From positions 705,982-769,981 of the forward strand of contig CAJINV010000011.1 in assembly GCA_905178155.1 (NCBI GenBank): a stretch of 64,000 bases of DNA, given 5' to 3'. The translations under genes were made by a program, and so were the position numbers. Within the stretch, counting starts at the first letter, position 1. The number at the start of each line of letters is the position of its first letter. Of this stretch, positions 37,440 to 50,886 are shown piece by piece. Below the pieces are notes generated by a model. The model made no database searches. It was not told the origin of the DNA and worked only from the letters and a program-made list of their open reading frames with translations. This DNA comes from Amoebophrya sp. A120. Taxonomy: Eukaryota; Protista; Dinoflagellata.

Positions 37440-40400
37440 ATGTCGAACGAAGCGAGCAAAGTTTTCGTGGGTGGCCTGCCGTTGCAGGCAACCAAAGAGG
37501 AGCTGCAGTCCTATGCGGCAGAGTTCGGCGAAGTCAAGGACGCGGTATTATGATTTTTATTTACCATGCGAGCAGGTTGAAGATCGATGATCAAAATTTA
37601 GAACTACTCATTCGCCAGCACCTCGACCTCCTACTTCGAAAACGAAAAAATAAACTCACCCCCGCCTAGACCTACTCAATGAAAATACAAATCAGGTGAT
37701 CATGCTCGATAGGCTAACGAAGAACTCACGTGGCTTTGGTTTTGTCACCTTTGTGGAGGTGGAAGCGGCGCAGAGGTGCCTCGGCAAGACCGAGCCGCAC
37801 ATGCTGGCTGGCAAGCAAATCGAAATCAAGCCAACAGAATCTGACAAAGACGAGAACCCAGAATGGAAATTGTTCATCGGAGGGCTGGAAGAATCAGTAT
37901 AGTGCAGTGCTTATCATTTGTGCCTTCAAAAAATAAAATGCATGATTGCAAATACTACAAATATCGTCTCGGCGTCTAGGTCCGGGACAAAGTCGGAACT
38001 TGTAATGCTTGGCTTGCATTCCTGCCAGTAGAAGCAGTACTTTGTGTATGTAAAAGTCGCGACCCACAACTCCAAATTTCGCAGGTGAAGGACGAGGACT
38101 TGAGGTCAAAATTTTCCGAATTTGGCGAAGTGAATTCTGCTGTGGTGATGATGCGCGACGGAGTCAGCAGAAAGTTTGGATTCGTCAGCTACAAAACCGA
38201 GCCCGAATTTGCGGCGGCCATCATATGTCCGCACGTGGAGATAAATGGCAAGAAGATCGACGTGAAGGTGGCACAAATGCCCCGGGGACAGCACTTCCCC
38301 ACGGAAGGCAAGCTCTACATTGGCGACCTCGGCGAAAGCATGACCAACGACATGCTCAAGGAATACTTCTCCAGTCTCGGCGAAGTGCTCAGCGCAACGG
38401 TGATGATGGACCACGGCACCCAGAAAAGCAGTATAGAAATTTTTACTTCATCTCTTATTTGGACGCCGGGCACGACGGCGAGTTGGTGTGTTTTAGAATT
38501 TGAGAAGTATTTGTTCTATTAGGTCCTGGTGGAAGAAATTGAGTAAAGTTGTACTATGATCGTCCCGCCGTGATGAAGAAATAAGGGATATCCTATAGAA
38601 ACGAACCAAGTTGTTCTTCTCAGTGTCACAAGAAAATGTGGGAATGGGCCACAAAATTAATAAATGCAATGTGGTACTGACAGAAATTTCAATATATCTG
38701 TTGAAAGACGAAGATCAAAACCTAAAACAGAGGGGTTTGGTTTCGTGCAGTTTTCAGAGCCGAAGCAAGCCTACGATGTGATGCGCAAGCCACACATGAT
38801 TAACGGCACACAAGTGGTAGTCAAGTCATCAGCCAACAACGCACCGGTGGGGAAGCAAGGGAAAGGGTACAGAATTGTTTTCGAATTTTCATACCACGTA
38901 CGGTAATCCTGATAAGGATAGCCATACCGTTCAGAAGTGAGAATGATCCGAATGATGACTCCGCAAGGAGATAACAGGACGACGCGTGTTTTTATCGCAC
39001 ACTCTTCTTCTGCGTCCGCCGAATTTTTATAAAAAACCCATCATCTACCGAAAAAAAATCCCCAAAACACAGGAAAGACGGCAAGGACGGTAAGGGTGGG
39101 TACGGCAAGGGAGGGTACGGTGGTTACTACCCACCAGGCCAGGGCAAGGGCGGGCACCAGGACTGCACGAACAAGATCTTCGTGGGCGGGTTGCCACCCT
39201 CGGCCAACAACGAGACCATGAACCAATTTTTTTCGCAGTATGGACCAGTAAAGGACTGCATCGCGATGTACGACAGAGAGACAAGTATAGTTTTATAGTC
39301 TATAGAATGATACGAACTTGACTCAAAGGCTGTAGAGGAAAGTTCTGAGACCCTTAAACAGCATTAGAGATTGCGGCTCAACCTGGAGCAAACCTGGGGC
39401 AAACCCCTAGGGCTTTTCAAACTGGTTCTTTTCATATTGGCTAATACGCACGGCAGAGACTCAAAAGATAAAGGTCGAGCCGTAGGAAACGACCAAAAAC
39501 CACGACAAACGAGACGTCTGTGCACACACTGAATCACCACGCTACTACGGCAAAAGCTGAAGCTTTTCTGGAGCGCGAGCTCTAGAACTTTTCCAGTGTG
39601 TCTCCGCTTTTTTTCTTAAAGTGCATGCTACTGCGAAAATATTTCCGACAAATTCTACGGCTTAAGCTGTAGCCAAGCCGTGGATGCTTGGTGGCGGTGC
39701 AGCACGGTGGCCAGCACTTTCATCCCCTGCTTGGCCACCAGATGCTTGGCCGCCATGTTGGCCGTGCCTGCGAAAGCTCCTGGTGGCACCTCTTTCCCCT
39801 GCGTGCTGGCGCCTGCCTCTTAGCCCTGGCAGCTTTTCTTACCTACCCTGTGCGCTAGGTCTTGCCCCTCGCGGTACATCTTGTCCCCCGCAATACATCT
39901 TGCCCCTCACAGTACATCCCGCCCCTCGCAATAGATCCTGCCCCTCGCAGTACATCTTGCCCTTCGCAGTACATCTTGCCCCTCACAGTACACCTTGCCC
40001 CTTGCAGTACATCTTGCCCCTCGCCGTGCATCTTGCCCCTCGCAGCACATCTTGCCCCTGCGCATACGTCTTGCCCCTGGTAGGACTTCTTGCTCCTTGT
40101 AGTACTAGCGCCTCTTGTCCATCGCAATACAATCTCGCCTCGGCAGGCGCATGCACATCCTGCGCCGGATAGAACTTGCTTCTTGCCCCTGCTGGTAGGG
40201 CCTCTTGCTCCTGCTCCTGATAGCACATATAGGGTCCGCCTTCCAATACCCCCAGCGCCCTGCCGGCAAAGACCTAGCCGCCCCGCCCCGCCCTCGGGGA
40301 GCGAGCTAGCGAACAACCTCCACCGCCCCCAGGTTTCCCGCCGTGTGACTGCCACCCCGGCAGGCCCCGGGCCGCCCCTTGTTGCCCTCGCGGCGCATGC

Positions 40401-41704
40401 GTGCCCGCAGGTGCGCCCCCCGCTCCTCCAACGCCCGCGCGGGAACGTCCACGGGCCCTTTTTTTCCCCGCGCCAGCCATTTTTCTTCTTCGGTGTGCCA
40501 AGGCGGTGAAGGAAGGGTCCGCGCGCCAACTATAAACAGACACGCAGGCGCAAGCACAAGTAGGCAGCTGCCAAAGTCGCGGCCGTAAATTAATATCCAC
40601 TCGGGGCATGTTGCCGCTATCTTGCGGCGACTATGCCGAGGCCCGCTGCTGTCCGCGCAGTATGGACCAGTAAAGGACTGCATCGCGATGTACGACAGAG
40701 AGACAAGTATATTGCTAACTTATCGTCGCGAAGAAAAAAGTTTTTTTCACCGTAAAATCAAACTTGTGATGCATAAAATGGAAGAACACACGACACATTA
40801 GTGTTTGTCTTGCTAGTTGTACACATACAAAAAAAATTCATCCCTAAAATGAACTATCACAGCAAAACCACGAGGCTTCGGGTATGTAACGTTCGCAAGC
40901 GAGCAGGCTATGTATGCGTGCCTGCAGGACAAGGAGCGGCACTACATTGACGGCAAATACATCGACTGCAAGAGAGCGACGAATCAGCACGACCGGTCCG
41001 GTGGTGGCTATGGCGCGGCGCAGTACGGCCAGGCAGCAATGGGCGCGTATGGAGCAGGTATTGGAAGTGACAACTTTTATTTGCCTTACATCTTCTCCAG
41101 CGGATGGGTAATTCGAATTTTTGGGAAGCGGCAAAAACATTGTGTACTTTACCCATGATGATGATGATGATAGAACAAGCGAGCGAAAAGAGCTGCAAAA
41201 AATTATAAAGACAATCCTTCTGGAATTTGAATTTCAACGACTGTTGAAACAATAAACCACAAATAACAACATCAGCTTATGGCTACGGTGCGACCCCCGC
41301 CGCGTATGGGTACGCAGCACCCGCTTACCCGGCCTACGATATGACCGCCATGGACCCAAACTATGCAGCAGGTATTTATAATGTTCTCGACCCCACTGGG
41401 CAACAAGCTGCCGCAACTGCAGGTAGAAAGCACGACTGCTAAATTTCATGTGTTATTTCCTGTTTGATTTTTTCTGGAAGTCGAAGTAGCAAGCACATGA
41501 AGGCATAAAGATCAAAATCTTGCATCATTCATGTCTATAAAACAAACATCCAAAACAGCCGCCTATCAGCAGTACTACGCAGCTGCGGCTGCCGCCCCCC
41601 AGGCTCAGTACGCACAGTACTACGCCGCGGCCGCTGATCCCAACGCAGCAGCTTACGCGCAGCAGTACGCTGCCCAGGCCGCGGCGCGGCCAGGACCCTA
41701 CTAG
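37440..41704 (+). CDS. Four-RRM RNA-binding protein (hnRNP A1/Musashi/DAZAP1-like) with Ala/Tyr/Gln-rich tail
   Basis: RNP2 motifs KVFVGGL, KLFIGGL, KLYIGDL, KIFVGGL. RNP1 motifs RGFGFVTF, KFGFVSY, GFGFVQF, RGFGYVTF. GT-AG introns 37545-37695, 37897-38084, 38431-38730, 38867-39072, 39285-40862, 41058-41275 and one ending at 41558. Confidence 0.9.
39290..40655. other. 1,366-bp foreign insert between exact 56-bp direct repeats
   Basis: 39234-39289 is identical to 40656-40711; insert contains a minisatellite and a GC-rich right half. Confidence 0.85.
39861..40107. repeat. 19-bp minisatellite, ~13 units
   Basis: Consensus cttgcccctcgcagtacat with no spacers, degenerating at the 3' end. Confidence 0.9.
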
Positions 41705-43754
41705 ACGCCGGGATAAGCACAGCGGAGTCGTTGAAAAGCATCGATTGAGAACTGAACCGTGTTTCCGCATGATCAAGGAGCCGGATTATATGAGAAAAAT
41801 CGCAATAAAAAAATCACACACAGTCATCTTTAAAGTCTATACTATCGTTTCACTAGTTTGGTCTAGACTATCTACAAAGTTTATTACGTACTGATGTAAC
41901 CGCACAGAAGACAATTTTAACTTGAAGGCGTAGCAGAGGAGGCGGATGAGATCGTTTATACTGAAAGCAGGATTGATTAAGGTAACACCAGCAGTAGTAG
42001 ACGAAGCTGCTGTTGTTAACGATTATGGAAGTAAGAAGAACGCCGGATGCACAAGACACCTGCTCCCAAGAGCACCGAAGAAAGAAAAGGATTTCAGACC
42101 TTTAACTACGCCTAGCGAGAGATTGAAATAGAATAGATCACGGTAAAAAGAATAGCGCGCGCGCACCACCTTAAGATTGATTTAGATTCACGAAAATTAT
42201 CACAAGATACGTATAGCGAGTGGAGTCTTGGGAGATTGAGGCGGTCTTTTGGGTCATTGTGCCTCAAGATCTGAAGCACCATCCGCGCTGGTAGCGTATC
42301 CAGGTATTCAGACGAAAAAATCGACAGGTAGGCGCTGGACTTGTGATATACTATCGCTAGTACTATGTATCACCTGATCAGCACTACTAGATACAACTCC
42401 GGACGACGAGTTGTCACTTTATGCGTTTTTTTTTTTGTGTCCGTTATAATTTTCTCCCGTCCTAGTGGCACCAGACAGAGAGAAAGTACAAGACGGTGAA
42501 CGAAAAGAATTTGCAGGAGCCACAATTATATCAGCGACACCTACCAGGTTTTTCGAGCCACTAACAAAGGGCGAAAGTTAGTACCGAACTCAACAGTACA
42601 CGTACAGAGTACGCAGCCGCGTACGGTACTAGTGACACACGTATGTTTCAACGAAGAACTTCCCACTGACCACGCCAATGCAGTTCACTGTTTCTGTTAT
42701 CTAATGTAGCAGAAATATTGGGTCGTGATTTTTTCTACGCAGAACAATTATATCAGAACCCATTTTGACAAAACGCACGTCATTTACGACTGTAGATAAG
42801 TACTTCGACCCGCGAATGATGTTTTTGAAAAAAACGCAAGAAAACTCCGCTGCTCTCCTCACGCGACTGTAGGTGTTGCAGGGAATAAAATATGCCGTGC
42901 AACAGCCAGAGCCAACAGATTGTTCGCCATGAGTGTACAACTTTCCTCGGTGCTCGAGTATGTAATTTCATTTTTCACCTTCTGCATTCGCTCAAGCTGA
43001 AGCACGGAAAATGTTTCGACAACTCTTCACGATCTCGAAAATCCATGTTTGCGTCCATGGGTCCGGTTTTTTTTCGGTACTTACTGCAATCGGTCTCATT
43101 TATTTGCTTGGCATGTTTAATACATAGGAGTCAAACTTCCCGAGTTCTGGTGGGCAAGAATCTTGTAAGTAGTCTATTTGCGTCAGCAAGCAATGAGATT
43201 GAGGACAACTTCTACGGGCGGGGGGGGGGGAAATGTAAGTAGCATTATGGATACATGATAAGTTTAAGTCGATACACAGCCGATCACAGCAAAACAATTA
43301 TGTCGTTCGTGTGCATCCATCAATCCTCTCGCACAGCCTCTCTCCATTGAATCCTTTCCTCATAATTATGAAGTTGTCCCCTGGTCGTTCAATGCCTTTG
43401 TACGCAAAACCATAGAAAAATAACCATGAATGCTTCTGACTCTTCGGTGTTCATGTGTGTGCAACGTCGGATAAATGACAGCACCGCGATCAATATTCCT
43501 ATTGTGACAGCACGTTCTACCTCCTGCCGCCTCGCGGGGCGACAGAAACTGCAATGCGGCCGCCTAGCAAGGTAGATTTGCTTTATTCCTCAAGTAAGCC
43601 TTTACCTTCTTGTCCTGGTCCTGTAGCAATACTAGCCAAAGCGAAATTTGTTCGGAGCAGTCGCTTCTAGATTATCCTGCAAAAATTTAAGAAGCGCCAG
43701 AGTTCGAGTGCTTGTTTGTACTATCGAAGTGGCCTCTAGTATCTCTATCACAAT

Positions 43755-44078
43755 ATGGGCCCCGCACTTTTCGCCGCCCTGGCTGCGAGCGGTCGCACCT
43801 ACGCAAAGAAGCGACAGCAGATGCGGGAGGGGGAAACGCTGGGCGTGCCGGCCACGAATGCTGAGGGGAGACAGCGCAAGCCCTACGACGTGTCCGGACT
43901 AACCAAGCACCCGATGTGCTGCTTTTTCGCCATCTGCTGCTGCATGGCGTTTTTCGGCCGCAGCACCGATCTGTACAAACGGGATGTGGATGTAGACGCA
44001 GCGGCGCGAGAGGCCCGGGAAGATTTTGACTCTGAGTTTGACTACAACGATCCCGAGCTCCGCGGGGCGCTGTCGTAA
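43755..44078 (+). CDS. Small hypothetical protein with one Cys-rich hydrophobic segment (107 aa)
   Basis: ATG-initiated GC-richer ORF in AT-richer flanks; hydrophobic MCCFFAICCCMAFF followed by an acidic tail. Confidence 0.55.
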   Translation: MGPALFAALAASGRTYAKKRQQMREGETLGVPATNAEGRQRKPYDVSGLTKHPMCCFFAICCCMAFFGRSTDLYKRDVDVDAAAREAREDFDSEFDYNDPELRGALS

Positions 44079-45060
44079 GTAAATCAATCGGATGGGTTCT
44101 TGCAGCTGTGCTGGTAGTCTGTCTCGTCCCAGACTTCTGCTGCATCCGCATCTGTGTCGTATAATTTCCAAGAAATATTTATGATGAAATTGATTCGCCG
44201 TGGTTCTCCCTGAAAGAGCATTTCAAATGCTCTGAAAGATGTTGACAAAGAAGCGTTTTGTATAATGTCGATGCCTGTTTTTATTTTCGAGGAGAGCGCA
44301 GCAGCAGCTCTAGCTCAATGCGGAAGACCAAAACGCAATCGCTGATTTTCATTTTGCTACCTTGTGTTGATGATGCCATGATATCATTGTCGGTGATACA
44401 ACAACCTTGATGTTGTCTACCTAACCAGTCTCCGAGGTCGTCCTTAAAAAATTTTCGTTTTGGTTTCACAACTGAGCCTGGCTACATTACAAGATCGTAG
44501 CCAGAGTAGAGGCTGTTGTTATTGAGTCAAAATAAAACTGCACACTCGGGAGGTAGTTCTTGTCGCTTATACTGTTTGTTTTTGTTGCACAACAGGACGA
44601 ACAGTGTATGTGTATCGTGCTCGCCGTGGAAAGTTGATCTCGCGAGATCGTTCTTTCCCCAAAAATTTTCGTGGGCAGCAGCAAGGGTGCAATCGAAGTC
44701 GTCTTCGGGTACAATTACATCAAGATGCTCAGCTCAATAGTGGGTCCCTACTACCACGTTCCAGACATGTCCGTTTGATCCCGAATGGGGGGGCGGATGT
44801 GTCCTCTAAATAGAATTTTTGGTAACGCGCATGCGTACGAGCTTCTGACCAGCACAATGCCCACCGTCAAAGAAGAGTAGAAACGGGAAAAAATACGCTT
44901 CTTCGTTCTACTTCAGACGAAAGTGGGATCTGATCTAAAGCTGTCGCTGATGATGAATATTGGGGCTACAAAATCGATATAGAAACTACAAAAACACCCT
45001 GAGGACTGAATAAGCTTTGAGGATAAGCCTGAAAATTCAGAGAAAGAACATGCTTGTATA

Positions 45061-48000
45061 ATGCGCAAAAATCGCAATTCGATTGGCGCGGGGAAGCCCC
45101 TGCTGCTCCTTCTTTTTGCAGGCAGCTGCAGCACTACAACCAGTTTGGGGCGCGAAACTGTGTCTACTTCTTCCGCGAGGAATGCTGATGCTGATGAAAG
45201 AACCCCGGACGAAATGAAGGCCGGCGTGGGCCTGCATGACACGCCTTCCTCGGTGCCGCGACGTACGCATCATAGTGCTTTGCGCGGAGGGCTTCACCGA
45301 GCTGGTGCTGGTTTGACGGATCAGGAAATAACATCTGCAGGCAATCCGGGAGGTGTGGCGAATGGTGGTGCAATTAGAATTGTGCCAGCAACCTTTTCCA
45401 TCTCCGAATCAGGGGAGCACGAGCAGGACAAGAATTGGCGGAGCACCGCAGCCGACGCTCGTGTTGCTACTTTTCCATCAGTAGAGCTTGGCTCCTTGTC
45501 CTCCACCGCGTTTCTGGAAGATCACAAGACGGCCGCGGGTGCGGACATCGAACAAGCCGCGGTGCGGGACGGGGCGGATCATCCAATTGCGAGCGAGGAC
45601 GCACACGCAGTGGACGAGATGGACGAGGAAAGGTTGGTGAGCAGCAGCCCGCACGAAGAAGAGCATGTCGAAATTATGGCGCATCCCGCACAAGATGCAG
45701 CCGTTCGACCGGCAGGGCAGGAGCAAACAGGTGCTGATGAACAAGTGGGAGGTAAGTACGAAAAGAAAAATTTGGAGGCAAACATTTTTTTTTGCACCAC
45801 ATGGCCAGTCTGCTGATCGCACCATGATGTGGTTACCATTTGATATAATGTCGGCTGCATTTATTATTCATGGAATTGACAGTCGAGAGATTTTTGCGCT
45901 TGATTTGCCTCTTGTTACAACAGGTGATGGAGAGGGAACAAGCGGGAAAAACATAAACACGACCGACAGCGGAGCAATCCCAATCGCGATCGCAGGAGAA
46001 CGAGAACCGAAAGCCTCCGCACAACAGCAACAAGCGCTGGATAAAAATCTTCTTCCCGATGTAGAACAACCCGTGTCGACCACAGCAGCTTCCCTGGTTG
46101 AACAGATGGGGCGCATGGAGGCGCGGTTTCAAAAATTGGAGTGGGAGCACGAAGCCGAGATCGCACGACGGAAGAAGGCGGAAGCGGTCGAGGCGCAGTA
46201 CCGGAAAATGACGGATTCCCGGTTCTACAATGTGCGGAACGTGGACGTAACGAGCGAGTTTTATCCACTGCAAATATGTCTGGGTCTGGAAGAGTCGGGG
46301 TTTGTCATGCACGTTTTGCATGATCCGTGAGATTAGTGATGCAGGTCCTAGCATCACAGATTTTTTGAGAGCTTCTTGATGCGTATCACGCATGAGAAAT
46401 GCTCTACTCTCCGCGTGCCAGGAACTGGACTCCTCTTGTTGCTCATGCAACACAGATGTTTTTAGAATTCGCAGACAGCATTACAAGTTCCACTCATCCA
46501 GACCCAGACATTTTTGCAATGCATAAGTTTATGGTGCAGACCATGTTTGGCCACGAGATCGACCTGATCCAGCAGGTATGAATTGCAAATATGTCTGGGT
46601 TTGGAAGAATACAAACTTGTGATGCGCATTTCAGAAGACAGAAAAATCTCTCATGCATTGGTAGCAAAAGGCGCCTGCTTTCTGTCACCAAAGTGGGGGA
46701 CTTGTCATGCGGATTCGGCATTGCGGAAGCTTCTCGAAACCTGTGATGCTGGAGCTTCCATGCCAGACCTTCTGTGTCATGCAAAAACAGCACGGCTCTT
46801 CCAGATCCAGACATTTTTACATTTGATAGCAGGATTTCACCATCGCGCTCGTGTTTCTCTCCGTCGGGTACCTGGCCGTGCTCATCGGGATTTGTCTCCC
46901 CATAAGTCTGGTGTTTAACCCGACGCGCGTGTACCACGAGGCCGGTGGGGGCTTTGTGAAAATGGACGACAGTAGCACGGATGAACATCTTCAAGACGAG
47001 GGTCTTCACCATTTCACTGCGGGACAAGAAAATGAAGCAGGTGGCACTACGCCGGCGGCGAATGAGGTGGAAGAACATTTGTACTACCTCCTGCCGTACG
47101 ACTTTGTCTTGCAAGGAACCTTGTCCTCGATCACGCAAGTGCACGGGTCGGCCGAGGGGAAAATTTGGACGGCCTGCTTGGTGGTGTATTCGGTGATGGC
47201 GATTTTCAGCCGATACACTTTCAAGGTGCACCAAACCTGGTTATAGCGGGCACAGAATCTTATTTTTTCGATAATTAAAAAGAAAAAAACGTTCAAGGTA
47301 TTTTTTAGGCTTAAACGCCTTGCTACGCTATGCAAAACCTAGTTAGTTTTCTATCGAGGAGCAACAAGGTAGGTATGTTTAACTAGCTAAAGAGAAGTCC
47401 ACCGACGGCATAGGCGGAGATGCAGCTCTGCGGATTCGCCCGAATCCGCGCAGCAACAGGTCGCGGAAGCTGGCGCGGGGACTTCTCTTTAGCTAGTTAA
47501 CTAACTACCAAGATTGCTCCTTCTTTTGTGATAGAAAAACATAATCTGTAATGCATGTACACAAGCTGCGGCAAAAAATATCTTGAACGTTTTTTTTTTA
47601 ATTTCTGAAAAAATAAGATTCTGTGCCCGCTATACTGGTGCACCGCCAGTGACAACGTGTACGAAAGCCGGAATGACCAGCTGGCCTTCGCCATGGGGTT
47701 ACCCGACTCGGAGGCGCCGTTGCGGGTGCTGCTGCGCATGCTCTGGCTGCTGGTGCCGAACTTCTGTCTGATTCTGGTCGCGGCCGCCCCCTCCACGACC
47801 TACGACCACGACGACGAGGAGGATCTTGCCTTGGATCGCGCAACAGCCCAGTCCACCAAAACCGGTAGTTCCACCTCGAACGCTATCAACTGTAAAAATG
47901 TCTGGGTCTGGAAACTTGTGATGCTAAAATGTCCATGATGAAAACACTTCCGAATACAGTCCGGCATGACAACTTCCCATATCGCTTTCTCATAGGCAAT

Positions 48001-50062
48001 CCGCATGAGAGGCTGCGTTTTTGCATCACAAAAGAGGCTGCGGCTTTTGTTGGTTATGCAATACAGAATTTCTAGGTATGGAAAGCTAGCATTACAAGTT
48101 CCAACCTTCCAGACCCAGACATTTTTACAATCCATAAACGCAGAAAAGACGCAGCACGCACAGAAGTCGCACAAAACACGGACCCAAAAATATCACAGTG
48201 AAAAATGCCCCCCACCCCTGAAATTGCAACAATTTGTGATGCGAAGTTTCCAAATGAAAGCTTTTTGTCATGCATGAAAGGAGTAAGAATCTCTCTGATG
48301 CAGATTCTAGTCGTGTTTCGCATCGCTTGCATGACAAGCACCGCTCTTGCTGGGATCTTTTGCAATACAAATTTTTGCTATTCACGATCGGAAATCTGTG
48401 ATGCTGATACACGCAAGAGGGCGAATGTTTCATTTGGAAAGATTTGCAATACAAATGCTTTCAAGTAGTTCGGGGGTGGGGGCATTTTTCATTGTAATAA
48501 AAAATGGTTGATCTTCATGCACCGCGCGGCCGCCCCGATTGCGATCCTGGCCATCGTCTTCTTTGAGAGCTACCAATTGTGCATCGGCGAGGGCATCGAC
48601 ATCGGCGCGGCCCTGTTCGGGTTCTCGACGGAGAGGCAGGAAGAATTGCGTTTGCAATTCTACTTCCAGTTTTTCGTCTGCGGACCCGCCGATCTGCGTC
48701 TGTTCCACCACCCAAAGTACTACTTTGCGCGAGGCCTCTGGCTGGTTTTCTCCTGGGTTTTCGCTGCTGGCTTTCTGGGGTTGGCGGTCACACTCAAATT
48801 CAAGTCAGACCGCGCGAAAAAAGAAGCACGTCGCGTCAAGCTATTAGCGAGCAACAGTGGCTTAGACCAGGACGGCGTAGAGAAGTCGGAAGGGCTGGAA
48901 GAGCCGCAAGTCTTGGATTCTATCAAGCGCAGATATCTATCTGGGTCTGGTGAAAAAGTCGAAATTTGTCACGCAGCTTACGCATGACCTCCCAGAGCAG
49001 AAGATCTGGCGTGCGGCTTTGGCATCAGAAGTTTTGATATTAAGGGTCCTCAATTCTTACTCCGCGTGAGAAATGTTACCTTCTGGTATCACCAGAATTT
49101 TTGGGCGCTTTTGCTGGTCATGCAATCTTCAATACAGACTTTTGTCGTGTCGATGATCAGGCCTAGCGTGACTCTTCCAGTAGACCCAGACCACATATTT
49201 GCAATGAATAAATCCCAAGTCCTTCGGACCTTTGGTGCGACGTGCGGGAACCAACCTGTGGCTGCCGCGGACGGTTTTCGTGTTTGAGCTGCTCTGCATG
49301 CTGTTTTCCTTTTCGTTGCCCTTTGTCGCGTCCGTCCGGCCCATGCTGGATGACAGACGCATTGCCGAGGATTGGCGTTCGTCCGCTTTCGAGCTCCGAT
49401 CCCTGTTCGTCCCAACGGCCACGAAAGTGAGCAAAATGTACTGGTACTATTGGGCGGGGCGCCTACCGCCCTGTGGTTTTTACTCCGATTACATTACGCC
49501 GGAACGCATCGATATCAAATGTAAAAATGTCTGGGTCTGGAAGAATGGAACTTCTCATGGTAAATCTGAAGCATGCAAAAATCTGTGTTGCATGATTACC
49601 AAAAGTCGTCCAGTTTTGACCAAGTCGGGAGGGAGTTTCTCATGCAGGATAGGCATGAGAGAGATTGCGCGGAATCTGTCATGCTAGGTCCTGCATTCCA
49701 GGCTTCATGGGTCATTGAAAAGCTGCATGACAAATCGCGCATTCTTCCAGACCCAGACATTTTTACATTTGATAATCGACCCTGCAGTTTGCGATGAGCA
49801 TCTGGAGTGGTTCAAGGAGCCGAGTGACGAAGCGGGCCGGGAAATACGACGGAGAGGGGAGGAGAATTTGATCAATGGGGCTGACGAGCATAATCTGCTG
49901 AAAGAGGAAATAAATCGGTTTCAGCAGCTCAACCAATCTGTAGATGTAGAAGCACGAGCGGGGCCTTTGGGAGCGAGTGTGGTCGGGGAGGTGGGAGATG
50001 AGGCTGGAGGAACGAGTCCAGCGACCGCGGCGCAGGACGCCGTAGTCCTGGTGGAACAGTAG
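45061..50062 (+). CDS. Signal-peptide-bearing multi-pass membrane protein, possibly Frag1/DRAM/Sfk1-like
   Basis: Frame restored by GT-AG intron 45752-45923 and removal of seven TIR elements. About six hydrophobic segments with LSSI...AEGKIW, MHRAAAPIAIL and FVFELL motifs reminiscent of Frag1/DRAM; family call tentative. Confidence 0.6.
46262..46525. mobile_element. Introner family A
   Basis: Family A TIR, TSD agttt; reverse orientation relative to the 23299 copy. Confidence 0.9.
46577..46828. mobile_element. Introner family A
   Basis: Family A TIR, TSD gcagg; exact removal possible as GT-AG intron 46576-46832. Confidence 0.92.
47242..47634. mobile_element. Introner (393 bp, long TIR)
   Basis: ~60-bp TIR tatagcgggcacagaatcttatttttt, TSD ctggt; removal gives QTWCTAS. 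Confidence 0.9.
47884..48136. mobile_element. Introner family A
   Basis: Family A TIR, TSD aacgc. Confidence 0.9.
48191..48499. mobile_element. Introner family C
   Basis: Family C TIR, TSD aaaaa; removal gives TQKWLIF. Confidence 0.9.
48921..49210. mobile_element. Degenerate introner family A
   Basis: Decayed TIR (tctgggtct / agacccaga), TSD gattc/aatcc (3/5); removal restores frame. Confidence 0.7.
49513..49774. mobile_element. Introner family A
   Basis: Family A TIR, TSD atcga. Confidence 0.92.
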
Positions 50063-50886
50063 AAGAAGCAGATGAGTAGCGAAAAACCTTGTACCGTGGT
50101 ACGAAAAAGGATAAACAACACATTTTGGATTTCAGCTTTATTGTAGTTTACCCGAGGAATAATGTAATGTATGAAGTAGATGAAGACGAAAATTCGAAAA
50201 AGTAGAGCAGTTTCAAATACCGATCGCAGGCTTGGTCGCACGTTCTTGCTCGTGATTTGTAAATAATGCAGTGACAAGAAGAAGAAGTTGAATGGCAGTT
50301 GCAATAAAATTTAACCGAGAGCGTGCGTGCATACATTCCAGTTGAAATTTTGATTAGGCTCACAGCTGGTGTAGAAGAGGAGTTTATTCCAGCCGTAGAT
50401 CTTTCAGCAGGGTAAAGAAAAAATGAACACATCACGGCGACAGAGTTGTTCGTTGCGCGTCTGTATCACGTAAAGATGTCATTCGTAGCGGAATTTTTCT
50501 GGATGAAACTCCTGAGTGACGGAGACTTGTCCGGACTCGTTTCCGCCTGATGGGTCGCGAGCGCATTCGTATCTATTCGTATTCGAGAGAGGAGCGAAAG
50601 CGACTCTGCTTTGTCCTCTTTTCCCTGCTGGTAGCTGTCCACCTGCTCGTTTCAAGAAGCTAGATAGAAGTAAAGCAGCGCGTAGTTGCTTTACCTGTCC
50701 GAATTCAAGATCGATTGACCAAGAAGAGCGAATGGAAAAAGTATGATTAAGTCGGACGAGCAAAGAACTACTTCTACGTGTTGCCGACTAGTACCGAGGA
50801 CCTTTGGAGGTGTCTGTCGCGACAGTTGTACAGCACTTTGCAAAGAAGAATAAGATTTTTGCGAAAAAGAACACTACAGAAACAGA

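Noticed and set aside
39861-40107. Regular short repeats resembling a CRISPR array
   Set aside because: The 19-bp units are head-to-tail with no unique spacers, there are no cas genes and the context is eukaryotic; this is a minisatellite.
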